64,000 bases of DNA from Acidobacteriota bacterium (GCA_965217775.1 CBDCJH010000002.1:5952001-6016000), one strand, 5' to 3'; shown: positions 29,542-39,607, counted from the first letter of the stretch. Notes: generated by a model not told the origin, from the letters alone. Numbers and translations: made by a program.

Positions 29542-29877
29542 TCAACCCGCATATGCGGCACGGGCTTCGGATCGTGAACCATGGGTTTGGATGACTCTGT
29601 CGAAGCCACTGATGGTGAAGACCTTATCGATGGAATCCGAAAGCGAACAGATCGAGAATCGTCCGCTTCGTCTCCTGACTTCTTTCGCAGTCAGCAGAAA
29701 GACACGCAGGCCCGCGCTGCTGACGTAGGAGAGACCCTCCAGATCCAGGATCACGTCATCGTCGTCGCCGATCGCCGCTCGCAGCGCGTTCTGAAACTCC
29801 AGAGCGTTGGCGCCATCGACGCGACCCACTGCCCTGGCAATCAAGATGCCATCTTCCTTCTCTGCATGTACCTTCAT
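29542..29877 (-). CDS. STAS-domain anti-sigma factor antagonist
   Basis: GRVD, LDLEGLSYVSSAGLRVFL, VFTISGF; GGAGG RBS. Confidence 0.92.
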   Translation of the reverse strand: MKVHAEKEDGILIARAVGRVDGANALEFQNALRAAIGDDDDVILDLEGLSYVSSAGLRVFLLTAKEVRRRSGRFSICSLSDSIDKVFTISGFDRVIQTHGSRSEARAAYAG

Positions 29878-30142
29878 TTATCCAAACCTCCCGCGATTCG
29901 CCAGCCGCAAGCCCCCCATTACTCGTGCCTCGGATTCTCCCGGATGACTAGGCCCAAAGCTAACAAGTCTAACCGGTCACTCGTCCAGATAACAGGCTGG
30001 GAAACGCCTGGATCGAACCCCGCTCCATGGGAGTCCAGTCGATATCCGGGATCTCGAAAACCGCGGAAAAATCTCGCCACCCGTTCAATTGACTCCCCGT
30101 CCGGGAACGTGGTACGTCTCTGCACGGAACGTCGGCAGCATA

Positions 30143-30304
30143 GCAGTCCGTGGTGAAAGTCTCGCGAGCACCGAGACCGCTCCTGCGCCCGCCGGACAAG
30201 GCGCAACGGAGGGAGCATACCGGGAGTATGTGAGCCGATAGCAACGCAGTCCGCGCACGATGCAGGGACGGTCGAATGCCGTGACGACTTATGGCACGGG
30301 CTGG
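30143..30304. repeat. 162-bp imperfect palindromic element (family B), TA-flanked
   Basis: Left arm gcagtccgtg..aagtc..gaccgctcctgc pairs with right arm gcagggacggtc..gactt..cacgggctgg; TA at 30141-2 and 30305-6; central catac-cggga-gtatg hairpin. Confidence 0.65.
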
Positions 30305-30322
30305 TAACCAAGGAGACCACTC

Positions 30323-31828
30323 ATGAAGTCAAGTCGTATCCCGGGATTCACCCTGATCTTCTTCTGTCTGGCTGCAACGGGTTTTCCGGCCAAACCGCCG
30401 ACCTACGTCCACATCCCTACGGGCCAGCATCAACTGTTTCTCGACGACTTCATGGTCGGCGCCCTGTACCGGGTCGAGCGGCGCGTCAATCCGCCCGCGA
30501 AGTACGAGGGCAACCCGGTGGTCCGGGCGGACCGGCCCTGGGAGCAATCGCCGGGACCCGATTGGAATCCCGGAGTCAGCAAGTCGATCCAGATCCGCAG
30601 CGCCCCCTGCTGGGACCCCCAGGAGGAGGTCTGGAAGATGTGGTACCACGCTAATGGGGAAACGGCGTTCGCCCGTTCCCGGGACGGGATCCACTGGGAG
30701 AAACCGTCTCTGGGAATGCGGGAGTTTAAGGGATCCAAGGACAATAATCTGGTGGTTCTTCGAGACGCGCCCGGGACCTTCATCCAGCACGTACTGCTGG
30801 ACCCCGACGCGGGGCCTGAACGGCGATACAAGGGACTGACCGGCTCTCATAACCGGCATCCCGTGGTCTCATCCGACGGCTACGAGTTCACCAAGCTGGA
30901 CGTGCCCGTGATCCCCAGCCAGGATGAGTCCCATCTGAACTACGACGAGGTGAAAAAGCGGTTCATCGCCACGGTCAAGCACCGGGGCCCCTTCGGCCGA
31001 TCCGTTTTTCTGTCCCTGAGCACCGATTTCGAGAACTGGACCGATCCCGTGCTCATCTTCCACGCCGATGCCTATGACCAGTTGCTGGGCGAGAAACGGG
31101 TCCGCGAACATCTGGCCAATCCCAAGCTCCGCCTGATGACCGTCAACCAGCCGGAGCACTACAACACCGAGATCTACAACATGCCCATCTTCCCCTACGA
31201 GGGGATCTACATCGGGCTGCCCAACCACTTCGAAGCCGCCGGCCACTCTCCCAACCGGAACCAGGAAGGGATCAACTCGGTGAAGCTGTCCACCAGCCGC
31301 GACCTCCGGCGGTGGGTCAAGGTGGGCAACCGGGGATCCTTCATTCCGGTCTCGGAATTGGGTAAAGGGGTGATCGACACGGGCCAGGTTCTGGCCGCCT
31401 CCCGGCCCCAGGTCCACGGAGACGAACTCTGGTTCTATTACACCGGCCTGAACCATCGTTTCCAGACCGACGATCCCTACCGGGGCGGTATTCACCTGGC
31501 GAAGCTGAAACGGGACCGGTTTGCCTATTTCGGGGCCGACCAGGAGGGTGGGTTCGTGGAGACCAGAGCCATCCGCTTCGACGGGAACCGGCTCTTCATA
31601 AACGCCGACGCCACGGACGGAGAAGTTCGAGTCGAAGTGATCGACCAACGGGGCCGACGGGTGCTGAAAGGGTGGAGCCGGGACCGGTCCCAGCCGATCC
31701 AGGGCGACCACCTGCGGGCCGAGGTGAAGTGGACGGGCAAACCGGACCTGGGCGCCTTTCAGGGTGAGTCGATCCGTTTCCGGTTCCGCCTCTACAACGC
31801 CCGTCTGTTCTCATTCTGGCTGGAGTAA
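30323..31828 (+). CDS. Secreted Asp-box beta-propeller protein (GH32-like fold)
   Basis: AAGGAG RBS, signal peptide, QLFLDD, RPWE, SRDGIHWEKP, ELWFYYTG, ARLFSFW. Confidence 0.75.
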   Translation: MKSSRIPGFTLIFFCLAATGFPAKPPTYVHIPTGQHQLFLDDFMVGALYRVERRVNPPAKYEGNPVVRADRPWEQSPGPDWNPGVSKSIQIRSAPCWDPQEEVWKMWYHANGETAFARSRDGIHWEKPSLGMREFKGSKDNNLVVLRDAPGTFIQHVLLDPDAGPERRYKGLTGSHNRHPVVSSDGYEFTKLDVPVIPSQDESHLNYDEVKKRFIATVKHRGPFGRSVFLSLSTDFENWTDPVLIFHADAYDQLLGEKRVREHLANPKLRLMTVNQPEHYNTEIYNMPIFPYEGIYIGLPNHFEAAGHSPNRNQEGINSVKLSTSRDLRRWVKVGNRGSFIPVSELGKGVIDTGQVLAASRPQVHGDELWFYYTGLNHRFQTDDPYRGGIHLAKLKRDRFAYFGADQEGGFVETRAIRFDGNRLFINADATDGEVRVEVIDQRGRRVLKGWSRDRSQPIQGDHLRAEVKWTGKPDLGAFQGESIRFRFRLYNARLFSFWLE

Positions 31829-31855
31829 CTCTCGCGACGTGAAAGGAACGAAAGA

Positions 31856-33028
31856 ATGAAGGACAGGCCCAGGATCACCAGCATCGAGGTCTTCCAGTAC
31901 GAGCGGGACGTCAACGACGTGGGGGTCGAGCCGAACATCGGCATTTTCATCTACCAGCCGGCCGGGGTTCAGAAGTTTCGCGGCCGGGGCCTCCGGATCC
32001 ACACCGACCTGGGAGTCACGGGGGAGTATTTCGGGGGATTCGAGGCCGACTACGCCGTCGTCGCCGGGCTGGCCCACACCCTCATCGGCCGCAACGCCCT
32101 GGAGCGGGATGCCATCTACGACGACCTGAAGCAGGCCACCCGGCAGCAGTCCCGAATGGGTATGGGGGTGGTGGACATCGCCCTCTGGGATCTGGCCGGC
32201 AAGTACTATGACGCGCCCATCTATGAGCTTCTCGGCGGACCGGCCGGCAAGAAGCTCCCCTGCTACGCGAGCACCTACGTCGGCGATTACGAAGAGGGAG
32301 GGCTCAACAGCCCCGAGGCGTACGCCGACTTCGCCGAGGAATGCCTGGAAATGGGCTATCCCGGCTTCAAGATCCACGGCTGGCAGGACGCCCCTCTCAA
32401 GGACCAGATCGAATTGGTCCGGGCCGTGGGACGGAGAGTGGGAGGACGGATGGACTTGATGCTGGATCCCTTCTGCGCCATCCGAACCTTCGCCCATGCC
32501 CTGAAGCTGGGCCGGGCCTGCGACGAGTTCGACTATTTCTGGTACGAGGACCCGTTCCGGGACGGCGGGGTCTCGGCTTTCGCCCACCGGAAACTGCGCC
32601 AGCTCATCAAGACACCGCTCCTTCAGTTGGAGCATCTGAGGGGGCTGGAGTCGCATGTGGACTTCATCGTGGCCGACGGCACCGACTTCGTCCGTATCGA
32701 TACCGACTACGACGGTGGCATCACCGGGGTGATGAAGATCGCCCACGCCGCCGAGGGCTTCGGCCTGGACGTGGAGCTGCATGGACCGGGCCCGGACCGG
32801 CGGCACGTGATGGCCGCCATCCGCAACACCAACTACTACGAAATGGGCCTGCTCCATCCCCAACTGGGTCCCTTCCACATGGCGCCCTTCAAGTGCGGTT
32901 ATCGGGACGCCATCGACGCCGTCGATGCGGACGGCTGCGTCGTCGCCCCCGACGGTCCGGGACTGGGCGTCGAGTATGACTGGGACTACATCGGCGACCA
33001 CTGCACGGACCGGGCGGAGTACAAATAG
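31856..33028 (+). CDS. Mandelate racemase/muconate lactonizing enzyme family protein
   Basis: VDIALWDLAGK, FKIH, LMLD, WYEDP, PDGPGLGVEYD. Confidence 0.9.
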   Translation: MKDRPRITSIEVFQYERDVNDVGVEPNIGIFIYQPAGVQKFRGRGLRIHTDLGVTGEYFGGFEADYAVVAGLAHTLIGRNALERDAIYDDLKQATRQQSRMGMGVVDIALWDLAGKYYDAPIYELLGGPAGKKLPCYASTYVGDYEEGGLNSPEAYADFAEECLEMGYPGFKIHGWQDAPLKDQIELVRAVGRRVGGRMDLMLDPFCAIRTFAHALKLGRACDEFDYFWYEDPFRDGGVSAFAHRKLRQLIKTPLLQLEHLRGLESHVDFIVADGTDFVRIDTDYDGGITGVMKIAHAAEGFGLDVELHGPGPDRRHVMAAIRNTNYYEMGLLHPQLGPFHMAPFKCGYRDAIDAVDADGCVVAPDGPGLGVEYDWDYIGDHCTDRAEYK

Positions 33029-33069
33029 GGCGCGCTCGAGCCGTTTCGAGACCGGAGGATTGAACTGAG

Positions 33070-34461
33070 ATGGGCACGCAGGGTTGGCAGGATTATCTCA
33101 AGGACCATCAGGACCGGTGGATCGAGGAACTGAGCGATTTCCTGACCATCCCCAGCATCTCGGCGCTACCCGAGCACGCCGGTGACGTGCAGCAAGCGGC
33201 CCGTTGGGTCGGCGACCGGTTGCAGGGGGCGGGCATCGAGAACGTCGAGGTCCTCCCCACCGAAGGGCATCCCGTGGTCTACGGCGACTGGCTTCACGCC
33301 TCGGACCGCCCCACGCTCCTGGTCTATGGACATTTCGACGTGCAGCCGGTGGATCCGGTGGAACTCTGGAGCCACCCTCCCTTCGAGCCGGTGGTCCGGG
33401 ACGGCCGGATCTACGCTCGAGGCTCGTCCGACGACAAGGGGAACATGCTGGCTCCGATCCTGGCCGTTCAGGCCCTGCTGGAGACCACGGGGACCCTCCC
33501 CTTGAACCTGAAATTCCTGCTGGAGGGCCAGGAGGAGATCGGAAGCCCCCATCTTCCCCCCTTCATGAAGGCCGAGGCGGGACGGTTCGCGGCCGACATG
33601 GCGGTGAGCGCCGACGGCTCCCAGTGGAGCGAGGAGGAGCCGGCCACCTGGGTCTCGCTACGCGGTCTCTGCGGTTTGCAGATCAATGTCCATGGACCTT
33701 CCCGGGATCTGCATTCGGGACTCTTCGGAGGTGCCGTCCAGAACCCCGTGCACGCCCTGGTTCGGCTGCTGGACTCCATGCGCGCGGCCGACGGCCGAGT
33801 TCTGGTGCAGGGCTTCTACGACGACGTACGACAGCCCGACGACAGGTTGAGGAGCGAGCTGGCCCGGGTACCCTACCGGGAGGCGGAACTGCTGGCCTCC
33901 ATCGGAGTGAGTGAGACGTTCGGCGAGCCGGGTTACAGCACCTACGAGCGGGAGTGGATTCGGCCGACCCTGGAGATCAACGGCATCTGGGGAGGTTTCC
34001 AGGGAGACGGTATGAAGACGGTCCTGCCTCGCCAGGCTCACGCCAAGGTCACCTGCCGCCTGGTGGCCGATCAGGAGCCGGACCGGATCTTGGAGGCCGT
34101 CACCCGTCACGTCGAGCAGAACACGCCTCCCGGCGTCGAGGCGGAGGTCGTCGCCCTGGGATCGTCGTCCATGCCCTACTCCATCCCCATCGATCACCCG
34201 GGAAACCGGACGGCCGGCGAAGTGCTGGAGGAACTCTACGGCAAAAAGCCCTACGTGGTTGGGTCCGGCGGTAGTATCGCCACCTGCGGACTCATCCTGG
34301 ACCACCTGGGGATCCACACCGTGAATCTCTCCTTCGGCCTGGATGACGAATGCGCCCACAGTCCCGACGAGTTCTTCCGTCTCGCCAGTTTCGAGCGGGC
34401 CCAGATCGCCCACGGCAGGTTCATGGAGGTCCTGGCCACCGACTCCGGTCTCGGATCTTGA
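33070..34461 (+). CDS. M20 family dipeptidase
   Basis: YGHFDVQP, ARGSSDDKG, EGQEEIGS, DLHSG, AHSPDE. Confidence 0.92.
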   Translation: MGTQGWQDYLKDHQDRWIEELSDFLTIPSISALPEHAGDVQQAARWVGDRLQGAGIENVEVLPTEGHPVVYGDWLHASDRPTLLVYGHFDVQPVDPVELWSHPPFEPVVRDGRIYARGSSDDKGNMLAPILAVQALLETTGTLPLNLKFLLEGQEEIGSPHLPPFMKAEAGRFAADMAVSADGSQWSEEEPATWVSLRGLCGLQINVHGPSRDLHSGLFGGAVQNPVHALVRLLDSMRAADGRVLVQGFYDDVRQPDDRLRSELARVPYREAELLASIGVSETFGEPGYSTYEREWIRPTLEINGIWGGFQGDGMKTVLPRQAHAKVTCRLVADQEPDRILEAVTRHVEQNTPPGVEAEVVALGSSSMPYSIPIDHPGNRTAGEVLEELYGKKPYVVGSGGSIATCGLILDHLGIHTVNLSFGLDDECAHSPDEFFRLASFERAQIAHGRFMEVLATDSGLGS

Positions 34462-34542
34462 TGAACTGGAGCAGCCGGGAAGGTTCTGCAACCTTTCCCT
34501 CGATTTGAACAACTGATGATTCAACTCCCCATAACCAAGAAA

Positions 34543-34555
34543 GTAGGGGCGCCCT
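34543..34555 (+). repeat. Partial GTAG-type REP
   Basis: GTAGGGGCGCCC identical to first 12 nt of the REP at 22284-22308. Confidence 0.4.
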
Positions 34556-34789
34556 TTCGCCGTTTCCCAGGGTCGCTCTAAGATAAGTTTGAATTTGCAA
34601 GGTGAATTTGCAAGATCGACCTTGCTACAGGCGCATACGACTCCGGCCGGTATGGGGAGTAAGCGTTTGAATCGGGAAGAATGGTCGCCGTGAAGATCTT
34701 GCCGGTCCCGGTGCCGCGCCAGCCCGTCTCCGCAGGGCAGCAGAGTTCTGACCGCTCGCCCGGCGAGAAACCGCTCGATACGCGTTCGC

Positions 34790-36109
34790 TCAGGCGACGC
34801 CGCACCAGTCCATGGCCACCTGGGCATAAGCCTTGGTGGCGACCATCAACTCCGAGATGTCCAGGAACTCGTCCACGGCGTGGGCCTGGAGCAGGCTTCC
34901 GGGACCGTACACCAGGCTGGGAATCCCTTTGGCGCTCAGGAACGCCGCGTCGCACACGGCGTAGAATCCCTGCATGGCGGCGGGTCCCTCGAAGGGCGTG
35001 CCACGGGCGGCGGTCTCATGGGCCGCGGCCATGGCCTTGCAGATGGGATGCTCCCGGTCCACCGAGAAGGGTGGCCAATGCAGCTTCCACTCCACTTCCG
35101 GGGGATTCTCGCGGAGCCACTCGTCCAACTGGGCGGCGTGGTGGATCTGGTTCTCCACCTCCTGTTTGACCTCTTCCTCCGACTGCTCCGGGTGGTACCA
35201 GATGGCGTACTCGATGGTGCAGTACTCGGAAATGAAGAAGGGGACTCCCACGCCGTGGGGCGCTCCCATGACCACTCCGGGGTGGAGCGTGAAATGCCCG
35301 GGCTTGAACAGGTCGTGGACCTTGGTGAGCCCCCATTCGTCTTCCAGCTTTCGGAGGCACTCGAAGATGAACACGCCCTTGTCGATGGCGTTGACGGCCA
35401 CGCTGGCTCCGAAACCGCCGGCTCGGAAGGTCTCGGCCCGGGTGGACGCATGACTCGACTTGCCGCGGCAGGTGACCGCCATCCAGAGGAGGCCTGGACT
35501 GATGGGAACGATCGCCAGGGGCCGCACCGGCGCCGAGGCCTCGGAGACCACGGCCGCATCCGCCCGGTAGCCTCTTCGAACCGTGGCCGTGACGCCCGCC
35601 TCGTGGTCCATCACCTCTTCGCCCACCACGCTCTCCAGGAGCAGATCCCCCTTGAGCCGGATCCCCAGCCGCTGCAGCGCCTGGGCCGCCATGGCTTGGC
35701 TCACCACCGGACCCTTCATGTCGCAGGAACCCCGGCCGTAGATCTTTCCCCCGTCCACCTTGCCGCTGAAAGGGTCGGACCATCTCCAGTCTTCCGGCCG
35801 TCCGGTGGGCACGGTATCGATGTGGCCGTTGAAGATAAGGGACTGTCCCCCGCCGGCTCCCTTGAGGACGCCCACGGCGTTGGCTCGGCGGGCCTCTGCT
35901 TCCCAGACGTCGACTTCGCACCCGACGGTCCGGTAGAGCTCCGCCACGATCTGGTTGGCATTGGTCTCCCCTCCCAGGACCTCTTCCTTGACCACTCCCG
36001 GATACTTGGGATTGATGCTGGGAATCCGGACGACTTCGCTGATCTTCTCGACGATCTCGTCCTGCATTCCGTCGATGGTCTCGAATACCTTGGCCGTGAG
36101 TTCCGTCAT
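34790..36109 (-). CDS. ArgE/DapE family M20 deacylase
   Basis: FNGHIDTVP, GRGSCDMKG, VGEE, AHAVDE. Confidence 0.9.
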   Translation of the reverse strand: MTELTAKVFETIDGMQDEIVEKISEVVRIPSINPKYPGVVKEEVLGGETNANQIVAELYRTVGCEVDVWEAEARRANAVGVLKGAGGGQSLIFNGHIDTVPTGRPEDWRWSDPFSGKVDGGKIYGRGSCDMKGPVVSQAMAAQALQRLGIRLKGDLLLESVVGEEVMDHEAGVTATVRRGYRADAAVVSEASAPVRPLAIVPISPGLLWMAVTCRGKSSHASTRAETFRAGGFGASVAVNAIDKGVFIFECLRKLEDEWGLTKVHDLFKPGHFTLHPGVVMGAPHGVGVPFFISEYCTIEYAIWYHPEQSEEEVKQEVENQIHHAAQLDEWLRENPPEVEWKLHWPPFSVDREHPICKAMAAAHETAARGTPFEGPAAMQGFYAVCDAAFLSAKGIPSLVYGPGSLLQAHAVDEFLDISELMVATKAYAQVAMDWCGVA

Positions 36110-36254
36110 GATTGACTCCTTGATGGTCTAATCTGCCTGAAATTTGGCGGTTCGGATGCTATGGGCTGACCGCCGCCCGGTCAAGCCCTCGGGCGCCGAA
36201 CCCGAGCGCCGGGGGCGTTACGTCCGGCCGGACCGCCGGACCTGTGATCGAGCC

Positions 36255-38957
36255 CTACAGAGAAACCCCGAGGGGACCCCGGGTGATCTGGAAATCCACG
36301 TTTCCCTGGTCCTGAAGCACGGGAACGTATCTTCCCGAGGCCAAGTCCAGAACCAGAGCCGACAGCCTCTCCTCCCACGTCTCGGGAGGACCCGTGAGGA
36401 CGAGGTCCAGGTCCTGACCCCGGTCCCCGGCCATGCTCCCGGCAGCGGACACCTGCAGCGTCGGGACCATGACGTGCCCCGGCAGGGGTTCCTGGCCGAC
36501 CCATACCAGGAGGATCTCCGCTCCTGTCGCCCCCAAGCCGGTCAGGAGCTCGACCCCGTGGTCGGTAGCGGCTTCCATGATCTGCAGGCCCGTCCCCTGC
36601 GCCTTCTCTCCGAAGAGAAGTGTAGGCCCCGACAGGTCCGGCTCCAAGAGGATCTCCCGCCACGGCGGGCTCTCCATCAGGGCATCCCCTTGCGGGATCA
36701 CGACGGTGGCGCCCGCATGGACAAAACGCTGTACGAAAGCGCTCAGAGCCCGGCAGGCGGCCTCGGTCAGCCGGCCCGAAGTCAGGACTGCCATCCTCAA
36801 CGATTCCAGTCCCACGGCTTGCCGCCGGGGAGAGGATCGGCCCGAGAGTGCGTCCTGAAACCAGCTTTCCACCCTGTGTCCGACCTTCTCGATCCCTCCG
36901 TCCAACTGGATGCTGGCCTTGCCGTAGGCTTCGACGTCGCCTCCCATCCGGGTCAACTGCCCGGTCATGTAGTCGTTATGGGTCGCCTCGCAACCGTGCT
37001 CCAGGAAAAGGCCGGCCGCGACCGTGGGATGAGTCAGATGGCCCAGGAGGGTACGCGAGTAGAGTTGCCGCGTCTGACCTCCCGAGCAACCGCAGCCTTC
37101 GGTGTGAGGGAGCGCCACGAACCGGGAAACGGAGCGGTCCTTCCCTGCCTGCCGGCGGTTGAGCCGCAGGGCGAGGAGACGGGCAATCTGGCTGGAGCAG
37201 AGGCTGGTGGGCAGTATGAGTCCGACCTGACGGGTGACCCAGCCTTCGGGGGTCCGGATTCCGTCGAACTGGAGCCGGCGACCGGAAACGGGGGCTTTGA
37301 GCCGGATCGGGACCTCCACCTGCGGCCGGCGCACGTTCTGGAGACGGACCAGGTTGGAGTCGTCGGACTGTTGCCAGTTCCGCCAGAGTGAGACCTGGGA
37401 GTGACCCGCCTTCTCGCCGACACTCCGGAGACCCGAAGCCACCCGCAAGCTCAGGTCCAACAGTTCCCGGCCCAGCTCCGGGAGGGGCGTCCCCTCCAGA
37501 TAGGCGCCGGCGTTGAAGTCCATGTCCCGCGAGAGCAGACGGAATCGTCCGCTTGTGGTGACGATCTTGATGGTGGGAACGAAGGGGAAGTTGGTGACCG
37601 ACCCGTTACCGGTGGTGAAGAAGATGAGGTTGGTTCCCGAGGCCACCTGACCGGCGAGGCTTTCCAGGTCGTTGCCGGGGCTGTCCATGAAGTAATAACC
37701 CGGCTCCGTCATCCGCTGGGCATAGTCGATGACGTAATCGAGCCGCACGCCGGGGTGGCGCTTGGTGGCGGCTCCCAGGGACTTGATCCCGATGTTGTAG
37801 AGTCCCCGGAGGATGTTGCCGCCGGAGGGGTTGCCCTGGGCCGATTCGCCGTGCCACGCGGCCCGCTCCTGAAACTGGGCCACCTTGGATAGAAAAGTCC
37901 GTGCCGTCGCCAGGTCGCGGACATTCTGGAGCACGTAAGCCTCGGCCCCGATGAGCTCATCGGTTTCGGCCAGATTGGCCGATCCTCCCTGGCGCAGGAG
38001 CTCCCTGGCAACCCAGCCCGAGAGAGGATTCGCGGAAATGCCGGAGAAGGCGTCCGAACCGCCGCACTGGAGAGCCAGGCGCAGGCTCGTCATTGGCTGG
38101 GGCGAACGCCGGCAGGCATTGATTCGCGGAAGCCAGTCCCGCACGATTCGCTCGCTCCGGCTCAATTCGTTCCGGAAGCTGTCCTCCAGGGTAAGGAAAT
38201 GGTGCGGGACGTCCTCGAGGGGATAGCCTTTTCGCAGCAGGTGCCGTCGCAGGCGGCCGTTGGTCACGGCTTCGGTCCCGCGGTCCACGCAGAGCACGGC
38301 TCCCACGTTGGGATGGACCACGAACCCTGAGAGGGTGGAAAGAACCAGTTCCAGGTTGTTGGGGTCCTCATCCTGCCCCCCCTCGGTGTGGGCCACGGCC
38401 ACGACGCCGTCCACGTTCTCCAGTGGCTCGGCTTCACCCTTGAGCCGTTCGGCCAGGATCCGGGCGAAGCTGCCGGTGCGGGAGGAAGTTCCCAGGATCA
38501 CGATGTAGTTGCGGGTCCCCACCCCTCGGGCCGGAGACCTTTCGTAGCCCAGGAAGGTCCTGCCCGGAAGGTCGCGGGGCGCCTGGAGACCCGGCTGGAA
38601 TCCGTCCTCGTCCATGAGGTAGGGGTCGATCCGATCCTCGAAGTTGGGCGCCTCAGGCAGGGAGATCTCCAGGTTCCGGCCGGAGAGGGCCTCCACGGCC
38701 CTCCGATTGCAAACGTAATTTCCCGGCGCGATGTCCCGGCAGGCGAATCCGAAGGGAAATCCCCAGGACAGAAGCGCTTCCCCCTCGGCTATGGGGGCAA
38801 CGGCGAATCGATGCCCCTCCAGTACGGTGTGATCCAGAACCAGCTCGCCGCCCTGGTATTCGATCCGGGTCCCTGGAGCTAGGGTGCGGATGGCGATGGC
38901 GACGTTGTCGACGGGAGCGGGGAGCCTTCCAATTTCTTGGAACTGGTAGTGTGGCAT
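36255..38957 (-). CDS. UxaA/GarD family dehydratase with SAF domain and duplicated C-terminal module
   Basis: DNVAIA, GHRFA, VGTRNY, HTEGG, LQCGGSDAFSG, NPSGGN; second HTEGCG/LEHGCE copy. Confidence 0.85.
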   Translation of the reverse strand: MPHYQFQEIGRLPAPVDNVAIAIRTLAPGTRIEYQGGELVLDHTVLEGHRFAVAPIAEGEALLSWGFPFGFACRDIAPGNYVCNRRAVEALSGRNLEISLPEAPNFEDRIDPYLMDEDGFQPGLQAPRDLPGRTFLGYERSPARGVGTRNYIVILGTSSRTGSFARILAERLKGEAEPLENVDGVVAVAHTEGGQDEDPNNLELVLSTLSGFVVHPNVGAVLCVDRGTEAVTNGRLRRHLLRKGYPLEDVPHHFLTLEDSFRNELSRSERIVRDWLPRINACRRSPQPMTSLRLALQCGGSDAFSGISANPLSGWVARELLRQGGSANLAETDELIGAEAYVLQNVRDLATARTFLSKVAQFQERAAWHGESAQGNPSGGNILRGLYNIGIKSLGAATKRHPGVRLDYVIDYAQRMTEPGYYFMDSPGNDLESLAGQVASGTNLIFFTTGNGSVTNFPFVPTIKIVTTSGRFRLLSRDMDFNAGAYLEGTPLPELGRELLDLSLRVASGLRSVGEKAGHSQVSLWRNWQQSDDSNLVRLQNVRRPQVEVPIRLKAPVSGRRLQFDGIRTPEGWVTRQVGLILPTSLCSSQIARLLALRLNRRQAGKDRSVSRFVALPHTEGCGCSGGQTRQLYSRTLLGHLTHPTVAAGLFLEHGCEATHNDYMTGQLTRMGGDVEAYGKASIQLDGGIEKVGHRVESWFQDALSGRSSPRRQAVGLESLRMAVLTSGRLTEAACRALSAFVQRFVHAGATVVIPQGDALMESPPWREILLEPDLSGPTLLFGEKAQGTGLQIMEAATDHGVELLTGLGATGAEILLVWVGQEPLPGHVMVPTLQVSAAGSMAGDRGQDLDLVLTGPPETWEERLSALVLDLASGRYVPVLQDQGNVDFQITRGPLGVSL

Positions 38958-39021
38958 GGTCTTCAGAGAGGGAACACGGTCCCTCCTCGTTCACCCCCGT
39001 CCGCGCTGCCGGAGCGCTCCC

Positions 39022-39588
39022 CTACTTGATGAGGGAGGCCACCTGTTTGAACTCGGCGGTGCCCGAGACTTCCAGGAGCTCGAACAGAGCCGACTCGACA
39101 CTGGTCAGGATCACCCCCGACCGGGCCATGCGATCCAGCGCCGTCCGGTAGTCCAGCTCCTTGCGGGAGGCGACGGCGTCCACGGCCAACTGGACCTGAA
39201 AATCCCGGGAGAGCAGATCCAGAGCCGTCTGCTGCACGCAGACATGCGCCTCCGTCCCCGAGACCAGGATCTGCCGGACTCCCTGACTCCGGATGTTGGA
39301 AACCAGGTCCGGGGCCCCGCAACAACTGAAGGTAGCCTTCACCACGGCGGAGTTCCCGCCGAGCGCCTCCAGGATCCCGGGTTCGGTGTGACCGAGACCC
39401 TTGGGGTACTGCTCGGTGACGAAGATGGGAAGGCCCAGGATCCGGAATCCGCGGACCAGCTTGACGATTTCGGCGACCATAGCCTGGCCGCTTCGGACCG
39501 CCTTCGTAAGCCTGGTCTGGACGTCCACCACCAGCAGGGCCGTGTGAGCCCGATTCAGGATTTGAGGGTGGCGCTTCATGGCATTCAC
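39022..39588 (-). CDS. Isochorismatase family hydrolase
   Basis: LLVVDVQ, TEQYPKGLG, KATFSC, EAHVCV. Confidence 0.92.
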   Translation of the reverse strand: MNAMKRHPQILNRAHTALLVVDVQTRLTKAVRSGQAMVAEIVKLVRGFRILGLPIFVTEQYPKGLGHTEPGILEALGGNSAVVKATFSCCGAPDLVSNIRSQGVRQILVSGTEAHVCVQQTALDLLSRDFQVQLAVDAVASRKELDYRTALDRMARSGVILTSVESALFELLEVSGTAEFKQVASLIK

Positions 39589-39607
39589 GGACGGCGACCG
39601 GAGCGCC

